This document shows, one piece after another, positions 59,201 through 64,000 of a stretch of DNA of 64,000 nt (positions are counted from its first letter, which is position 1; every line of letters starts with the position of its first letter). Where the stretch lies: IMG/VR virus record IMGVR_UViG_3300031414_000005. One strand, given 5' to 3'. Below the pieces are notes generated by a model, which was given only the letters and a program-made list of their open reading frames with translations, did not search any database and was not told where the DNA came from. Position numbers and translations under genes: made by a program. The stretch is from a virus. Its lineage: Duplodnaviria; Caudoviricetes.

Positions 59201-59461
59201 GGTGAACTCGATATGTCTCTGGGTAACTCTTTTGAGATTGATGCGAGTGCTAACCGTTCCATCACCTTTAAGAATGCCCCAGCGGGTCGTTCACAAATGT
59301 TGGTGGTAACCTTCAAAGGCAACGCCGGCACAATCGGCTGGCCGACCAGTGTGGCTTGGTCCGATGGCACGACCCCGACGTACGCAGCAACGCGTACTGT
59401 CATTGTTGTGTACTGGGATGGCACCAACTACACCGCGACGGATTCCATGCACGTCGGTTAA
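56240..59461 (+). CDS. long tail-fibre-like protein with SAYE repeats, collagen-like G-X-Y and beta modules
   Basis: 1073 aa; 18 G.SAY..A...GF.G....WL.SL repeats interleaved with 5-6 LP..G...GD.Y....VW.G..W modules. Confidence 0.8.
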   Translation: MSETSKYPLATVLNPDDTVQGLQKDPATGKWINTNFKLDLLKGLNGKSAYELAVDNGFVGTEQEWLDSILGANAYEVAKLNGYKGTAQEWLASLKGKSSYEIAVEQGFQGTEADFLTSLKGDVGDPGESAYQVAVKEGFVGTEADWLKSLVGKAGVRILGPLNKVSDLPDPTKQVEGDTYVIQGHFWSIVKNNQNQLAWQDIGNFLGPVGASAYQVAVDNGFQGTELEWLDSIRGQDGIGLRILGSFQDVSNLPQPGTNNGDTYIIKEKMYVWDGTQWSTVGQVGPQGKSAYQSAVSAGFQGTEAQWLKTLIGKSAYQTALDNGFTGSESDWLTAMKIKGDKGDDGDSAYEVAVKEGFVGDEAAWLQSLKVKGDQGEPSYAIRTLGKKADESELPRDGSQALGDAYWIGTDLHVWDGTDWENLGSIKGENGLSAFEVAVAEGYKGTTAEWLASLKGGKGDDGDDGASAYQLAVKNGFVGTEAQWLASLKVKGDQGDSAYQVAVANGFTGDEAAWLLSLKGNPGDPAPAVNLIDRITDKNDLPATGNNTNDAYFVNKELYVWRNGAWVSFGDLSGPAGESAYELAVAAGFVGDQQAWFDSLKVKGDKGDDGDSAYEVAVKNGFQGDVTAWLASLKVKGDPGPSAYDAAVAEGFQGTRAQWLASLNGKTAYQTALDNGFQGTEAQWLASLVGATGKSAYQSAVDNGYTGTEADWLKTLVGKQGEDAYQVALKEGFTGDRAAWLDSLKVKGDKGDDGEPSPGIYIDGEVAQESDLPAGGADLGHGYLINGDYWYYRRSDSTWQNAGPIRGEKGGKGDPGDDGKSAYEVAQANGFTGSEADWLVSLKGNPGDKGEQGTIWIVLSRDPQATDGRKGDYYFNMVDQQVYVKTSATAWSSLGHIGGGNLYDAAHDDVKRVLQNGAWVAVAIDSDAVKDGTPYVRQDNGWVKLALSQTLIAGTLPANADAAGQYLLTKNGWVRLDHYDLKVIASTGELDMSLGNSFEIDASANRSITFKNAPAGRSQMLVVTFKGNAGTIGWPTSVAWSDGTTPTYAATRTVIVVYWDGTNYTATDSMHVG
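56378..58770 (+). repeat. intragenic degenerate coding repeats (SAYE units plus KGDKGD collagen-like linkers)
   Basis: 18 units of about 24 aa, synonymously diverged at the DNA level. Confidence 0.85.
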
Positions 59462-59468
59462 CCGTAAT

Positions 59469-59500
59469 GAGGTGGGGTCTGTACGACCCACTCTCTTTTT
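59469..59500 (+). terminator. intrinsic terminator
   Basis: GAGGTGGGGTC-TGTAC-GACCCACTCTC (imperfect) then TTTTT. Confidence 0.6.
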
Positions 59501-59511
59501 AAGGAGCCATT

Positions 59512-60252
59512 ATGGCTGATACAATTGATCCATCCAAACAACCGTTGGTTTACGGCAACACCCCGTTGATCAAAGTTGAAGCAGCCAGTGACATGTTCAC
59601 CCCTGCTTATGAAGTTCCGCTGCACACCTACCCGAAATATTTCAGCGATGTTTTTGGGACAGACCGTGAGTTCAGCAACGTCATGCCACCACAACAAGTG
59701 TCGGCGAAAAACCTGCTGGATTTTGGTTATGCCCCGGTCTACGAAACCGACCGACCTTCTGAAGAGCAACAAGTCGTAACAGAAGGTCAGCCGGTGCTCG
59801 GTGACGACGGTCTGTGGTACCGCACCTGGGAAACCCGCCCGTTCAATGACGAAGAGATCGCGTCGCGGTTGCAAATCGCCAAGGACAATGCCAACAACAA
59901 CCTGACCCGTGCTCAAGTCGACACCTTTGCTCAAGGTATCAAGCACGACTTCACGGACGGTGAGTCCACCACCACCCTGCACATCGCGGTGGATAACGGT
60001 GAACGGGGCAATGTCGTGGCGTTGGGCTTCCAGGCCAAATACCGCATGGAAAAGTCCATTGACGACAAATTGTCTATCCGCACCATCGAGGGCAATGTCT
60101 TTGATCTGGAACCCAGTGCGATGTACGACCTGGTCTACGATGTGACCACCAAGTACCAGGCGGTGCTGGACCATGTCTGGACCCTGCGTAATGAGATCAC
60201 GGCGGCGGCGGATATCGCCAGCATGCCAACGATCCCTGAGATCCTTGAGTAA
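59512..60252 (+). CDS. tail-fibre assembly chaperone (DUF4376-like C-terminus)
   Basis: Follows the fibre gene; GYAPV..T.RP, EG.P....DG.W...W; ends W.LR..I.AA.DIA. Confidence 0.7.
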   Translation: MADTIDPSKQPLVYGNTPLIKVEAASDMFTPAYEVPLHTYPKYFSDVFGTDREFSNVMPPQQVSAKNLLDFGYAPVYETDRPSEEQQVVTEGQPVLGDDGLWYRTWETRPFNDEEIASRLQIAKDNANNNLTRAQVDTFAQGIKHDFTDGESTTTLHIAVDNGERGNVVALGFQAKYRMEKSIDDKLSIRTIEGNVFDLEPSAMYDLVYDVTTKYQAVLDHVWTLRNEITAAADIASMPTIPEILE

Positions 60253-60263
60253 TCAGTAAACCC

Positions 60264-60289
60264 GAGGAGAGGCAGTGCCTCTCCTCTTT
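60264..60289 (+). terminator. intrinsic terminator
   Basis: GAGGAGAGGC-AGT-GCCTCTCCTC then TTT. Confidence 0.8.
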
Positions 60290-60357
60290 AATGCGAACGC
60301 CATTGCTAATTCTATGTTCGCACACCCCCTTTTAATAATGACCGATTAGGATTACCC

Positions 60358-61173
60358 ATGGCCGATTTAACCCCTCGTGATTCATTTGATTTGGTGTTAA
60401 ACCTGATCAAACGTGAGAGCCGCATTAACGGTGACGTGGCTCACAATGAAAACGTGGACTTGCTCAGCAAACAAACGATCGACCTGGTTGATCTGAGCTC
60501 GTCTTATGACCCGGTGACCGGCTTGGTCCACCGCCCCTCCCAGTGTTATATCGAACCGATCCCCGGCAAAGGTTTCAAGTACCGTCGTCGGGTTAACTAC
60601 CGCCGCCTGGACATGACTGAAATCTGGGGTGACACCATCAAAGCACTGGACGTTCCCAATGCGGTGATGTTGTCCGACCTGCTGCCGAAGTTTGAAGCCT
60701 TAACCGGCATCACCATTAAACCGTATGAGATCTACGACGAAGAGATCGAGTACCCGGTGGACGGTTCTGTCCCTACCGTGGTGATCCGTATCCGTACCGA
60801 TGTGTCCCTGGCGTGGATTGGTGAACTGGTTGTGTTGGTCGGTCCGTCACAAGACCTCGGGATTGATCTGGCCGATGTCATCAAGAACGTCGAGCTCGAT
60901 GGCCTGAAAATGATCCAGCCGGAAGACAACGGTAAAACCTCTGCGGAGATTTTCTCGTTTGATACAGACAGCTCCGTGATCAAACCGTACCTCATCACCC
61001 TGAACGTCGGCGATATCCTTGACGAAGAAGAACTGCGGGACGAAGTCCTGAAAGCTTTCCCGGATTACGCCTGGGTGGTCAGCGAGCAATTGGTGGACTT
61101 CAACCTGAACGGGGCTACCGTTGAGTATGCGGGGATCAACGACGAATCTGTACCCAACAATAACCTGGCGTAA
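60358..61173 (+). CDS. virion structural protein (same paralog family)
   Basis: Y.RRLDM, DLLP, SLAWIG.L, L.DVI....LDGL. Confidence 0.7.
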   Translation: MADLTPRDSFDLVLNLIKRESRINGDVAHNENVDLLSKQTIDLVDLSSSYDPVTGLVHRPSQCYIEPIPGKGFKYRRRVNYRRLDMTEIWGDTIKALDVPNAVMLSDLLPKFEALTGITIKPYEIYDEEIEYPVDGSVPTVVIRIRTDVSLAWIGELVVLVGPSQDLGIDLADVIKNVELDGLKMIQPEDNGKTSAEIFSFDTDSSVIKPYLITLNVGDILDEEELRDEVLKAFPDYAWVVSEQLVDFNLNGATVEYAGINDESVPNNNLA

Positions 61174-61257
61174 AAAAAACGTTGTCAGCATCCGTTTAAG
61201 CGACGATTACAGCAAGAACCTCACAGGTTGTCTGAACCTGTATTACAACTGATAACC

Positions 61258-61282
61258 GGGACTCACTGCGGTGGGTCCCTTT
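61258..61282 (+). terminator. intrinsic terminator
   Basis: GGGACTCAC-TGCG-GTGGGTCCC then TTT. Confidence 0.75.
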
Positions 61283-61309
61283 CAGGCAATTGAGTTAGAG
61301 ATATTTGAA

Positions 61310-61331
61310 CATCTACATTATCCCTGTGTAA
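61310..61331 (+). promoter_or_regulatory. putative early (virion-RNAP) promoter
   Basis: CATC-TACATTAT-CCCTGTGTAA after a terminator, upstream of dut. Confidence 0.65.
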
Positions 61332-61381
61332 TCACATACATCTTTCAATGATAGTACGTAAATTCACACAGGACGAAAACC

Positions 61382-62320
61382 ATGTCACAGTTAGAAATCG
61401 ATGTAGAGATCCTCGACCCCCGTTACAAAACCGGCGAGTTCCAGATGCCGTGCTACAAGACCGAAGGGTCTGCGGGCATGGACTTAATCGCGGCCATCGA
61501 CAAACCTATCACGCTCAGTCCGGGTGAAACGACGCTGATTCCAACGGGTCTGAAACTCGCCATTCGTAATCCGCAGTTTGTCGGTCTGGTGTTCCCGCGT
61601 TCTGGTCTGGGTCACAAGAAAGGTCTGGTGCTGGGTAACCTTACTGGTGTCATTGATTCGGACTATGAAGGCCAATTGATGGTGTCGCTGTGGAACCGGA
61701 CTCCAACCGGTTCTGTTCCTGCACCGCCGGATTCTCCGGATTACCCGAACTGGCTGCCGATTGGCAACGATGTGGTGATCAACCCGGGTGACAGCATTGC
61801 CCAGTACGTGGTGGTGCCCGTTATCCAGGCCTCGTTGAATGTGGTGGATTCGCTGGAGTCGGCGGGTCAACGCGGTGAAGGTGGTTTTGGTTCTACCGAC
61901 TTATTAAAGGTCATCAACACGGTACAGCTTAATGGGACCACTACGTTAGTCGTACTGAGTGACAATTCCAGTCACCATGTACCTCTTGACTTTAGCTGGC
62001 GGTTGGGGGAGCGCGTTGAGGTAGTCGCCCCTAACAATCTCAAACGTATCCACCCTTCCATGTATCAGACGCCGACCATTGCTGGCGTCTACTCGGTGGC
62101 TGTCGTCCAACATGACGGGAGTGGCAGAGAATTCAGCACCCTGACCCTCTCTCCGGCCGGTGCTTGCCAAATCTATGCACCGGGTGTGCAGCTCGGTGAT
62201 CGGATCTACCAAACCACGGAAGGGTTTTGTCTCACTCTTGACCAGGTGTTGGCGTCAGCCAAAGCGGGCAGTCTAAACGTCGCCGGCGACCTGGATGTTC
62301 CTGAACTTTTCGATCGCTAA
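61382..62320 (+). CDS. dut: trimeric dUTPase with an insertion and a ~140-aa C-terminal extension
   Basis: Motifs AGMDL, RSGLG, GVIDSDYEG, IAQ, RGEGGFGSTD. Confidence 0.95.
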   Translation: MSQLEIDVEILDPRYKTGEFQMPCYKTEGSAGMDLIAAIDKPITLSPGETTLIPTGLKLAIRNPQFVGLVFPRSGLGHKKGLVLGNLTGVIDSDYEGQLMVSLWNRTPTGSVPAPPDSPDYPNWLPIGNDVVINPGDSIAQYVVVPVIQASLNVVDSLESAGQRGEGGFGSTDLLKVINTVQLNGTTTLVVLSDNSSHHVPLDFSWRLGERVEVVAPNNLKRIHPSMYQTPTIAGVYSVAVVQHDGSGREFSTLTLSPAGACQIYAPGVQLGDRIYQTTEGFCLTLDQVLASAKAGSLNVAGDLDVPELFDR

Positions 62321-62329
62321 GGAGCGACC

Positions 62330-62578
62330 ATGCGTAATTATCAATGTCACAAGCAAGTTGAAGCCGGTAAAATCGTCAAGATCATCAATCCACAAAGCGG
62401 CCCGTTTGCGGCGGTGATTACGGATACCGATGGTAGTGAAGTGAAAGTCGAGCAGCTTTTTCTCGACCAGCACAAACCGGCAATCGGCGGTTACCTGGTG
62501 CGTTATCCCAACGGTTATCTGTCGTATTCACCGGCTGAGCCATTTGAAAGCGGCTACAGCGAAATCGTTGAAGAGTAA
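62330..62578 (+). CDS. small conserved phage protein with a GY.V.Y..GY.S.SP..FE.GY domain
   Basis: AAGGAG RBS; YQCHKQVEA...GGYLVRYPNGYLSYSPAEPFESGY. Confidence 0.7.
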   Translation: MRNYQCHKQVEAGKIVKIINPQSGPFAAVITDTDGSEVKVEQLFLDQHKPAIGGYLVRYPNGYLSYSPAEPFESGYSEIVEE

Positions 62579-62587
62579 TATCTCCTC

Positions 62588-62617
62588 AGGCTTCCTGCTT
62601 CGGTGGGAAGCCTTTTT
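62588..62617 (+). terminator. intrinsic terminator
   Basis: AGGCTTCCTGC-TTCG-GTGGGAAGCCT then TTTT. Confidence 0.8.
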
Positions 62618-62648
62618 AATGGTTGACTGTAATAAGAAGGACTTTCCA

Positions 62649-63002
62649 ATGCTAATCAAGAATGCGTTTGCAGTGCGTTTCTTTAAGAAAGACATTATCG
62701 ATGAACGCACCCCCACGGTGTTCAATTGCCAGGACAGTGGACATATCGACTTGGTGATTAACACTGATGACCGGGTGCGTTTAGAAGAGTTTGCTGAGCG
62801 GCCTGATCTACCCGTGGTGCTTACCCCGGCGTACATTAAAGCCGAACATCAAACACCCATGTTTGCCCGTATCTCACTGAGTTATTCGCAACCGCTGGAC
62901 ATGGTGCATTTCAGTCTGACTGATCCCAGCAAAACACACCCAAGCATCATGAGCACTTCCATTGACACGTTTCGCCGTCTGGTAAGACGCCTGAACGACT
63001 AA
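62649..63002 (+). CDS. hypothetical protein
   Basis: AAGGA RBS before MLIKN. Confidence 0.6.
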   Translation: MLIKNAFAVRFFKKDIIDERTPTVFNCQDSGHIDLVINTDDRVRLEEFAERPDLPVVLTPAYIKAEHQTPMFARISLSYSQPLDMVHFSLTDPSKTHPSIMSTSIDTFRRLVRRLND

Positions 63003-63030
63003 CCCCATCCTTCCAACAGAGAGGTTTACC

Positions 63031-63444
63031 ATGAAAGAAACATTGTTTGTTTCCCAGTCCAAGCCTGTGGTTGCCGCGCTCTCTCTTGTTGTTGAGCAAT
63101 TGCGCGGTGACCAGGTGTTCTTTCCCGTTGTCCAACGCAACCAGACGGAACACGAGGACGGACTGACACGTATCTGCAACCCGGGTCAAATCCTGGGTGG
63201 TGTGAACGTGACGGACATCTACGTCCAACAAGACGGGTCAGTGGCATCGCTGACTTTCCGGTCGTTTAACCCTTTCTTTGTAAACGTCACTGACGCGGAC
63301 TACGTGTTCCATGTGAAAGAGCATGGCCACACCGTGGAATACCGTAACGAAGAAATCGGCAAAGTGCTTGCCGAACAAGGTAACCCGACCTTCACCCTCT
63401 ACTGCATCATTATTAAAGAACGAGGCAGCTTCCATGACGAGTGA
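63031..63444 (+). CDS. hypothetical protein
   Basis: GAGGT RBS. Confidence 0.6.
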   Translation: MKETLFVSQSKPVVAALSLVVEQLRGDQVFFPVVQRNQTEHEDGLTRICNPGQILGGVNVTDIYVQQDGSVASLTFRSFNPFFVNVTDADYVFHVKEHGHTVEYRNEEIGKVLAEQGNPTFTLYCIIIKERGSFHDE

Positions 63445-63946
63445 ACCCAAACCCGCTGTACTGGCGCTTGATTACTTTGTCGATGAACTGGCAAAAAGTG
63501 TGCGTGATCAGGTGGCAACACGCCTTAACCCCGGTCAGTACCCGGATTGCATGATGCAGCCAGAGAACTACCCTTACATCGGGGCGTATTACAGTCACCG
63601 ACTCGGCACGGAATTCATCTTTGAAGTGCACTCCGCAACCAGTTTAAAACTGGACATTTCGTCGTATGGTACATGGGTTAATTGCAATGGCGGTGGTTTT
63701 GTCCATCAGTTCCAAAGCGCATTACTCCATTACCTGCCGAATTGCGAGGCACGTCTGGGTGACACCGTTTGGTTGCCAGCCAAAGTGGCGCACTCCCCGT
63801 CCCTCACCTGTACCTTAACCCTAACCCTAAAGAAGGACACCCGACCCGTTGAAAGCAGAACCCGCAAAAGTCTACGTTCTGTACAAGAACCAGACCCCGG
63901 TGACTTTGCCAACGCTTTCCTTGGCAACAGCGCTGCGTTCATTTGA
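63434..63946 (+). CDS. hypothetical protein
   Basis: GAGG RBS before MTSEPK; terminator follows. Confidence 0.6.
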   Translation: MTSEPKPAVLALDYFVDELAKSVRDQVATRLNPGQYPDCMMQPENYPYIGAYYSHRLGTEFIFEVHSATSLKLDISSYGTWVNCNGGGFVHQFQSALLHYLPNCEARLGDTVWLPAKVAHSPSLTCTLTLTLKKDTRPVESRTRKSLRSVQEPDPGDFANAFLGNSAAFI

Positions 63947-63967
63947 GAAAGCTGTACACCATAACCG

Positions 63968-63988
63968 CGCAGGGTTCACCCTGCGTTT
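63968..63988 (+). terminator. intrinsic terminator
   Basis: CGCAGGG-TTCA-CCCTGCG then TTT. Confidence 0.6.
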
Positions 63989-64000
63989 GGTTGTGAAATC

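Noticed and set aside
61181-61256. tRNA gene (76 nt, paired ends)
   Set aside because: No TTCRA T-loop, no anticodon arm, no CCA or discriminator arrangement

Overview
This window is a slice of a large lytic dsDNA phage genome. It is densely coded (about 94 CDS, nearly all on the + strand) with short intergenic gaps holding intrinsic terminators. Gene content points to a phiKZ-related jumbo myophage (Chimalliviridae-like, SPN3US/Erwinia-phage type) of an enterobacterial host; this is an inference, since no RNAP, chimallin or capsid gene lies in the window. The supporting genes are paralogous phiKZ-type baseplate/tail proteins, a gpV-type spike, SbcC/Rad50, HslU, an AmsF-like beta-helix protein, NAD-dependent ligase, thyA, tdk and dut, plus TAYATTAY early-promoter motifs. 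Layout: spanin pair and virion/tail genes (1-10.4 kb); SbcC, transglycosylase, HslU, AmsF-like (10.4-18.6 kb); small accessory genes with nucleotide/RNA-end processing and counter-defence-like domains (HigA, SLOG, cREC, HAD, phosphoesterase, CYTH; 18.6-29.8 kb); ligA, an inverted RCC1/LamG pair and thyA (29.9-36 kb); a long putative early host-takeover region (36-53.4 kb); a tail-fibre module (53.5-61.2 kb); dut and small genes. No tRNA, rRNA, CRISPR array, integrase or transposase could be supported. Most notable: a shared basic C-terminal tag on unrelated early proteins, free-standing single copies of the tail-fibre SAYE repeat, a CYTH enzyme with a tail full of head-protease-type motifs, several apparently inactivated enzyme or regulator folds (HigA, DnaB, prohead protease), a lone QueC-like enzyme, and an ATGCG element following several terminators. 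Family assignments come from motif recognition by eye and memory, not from database searches.
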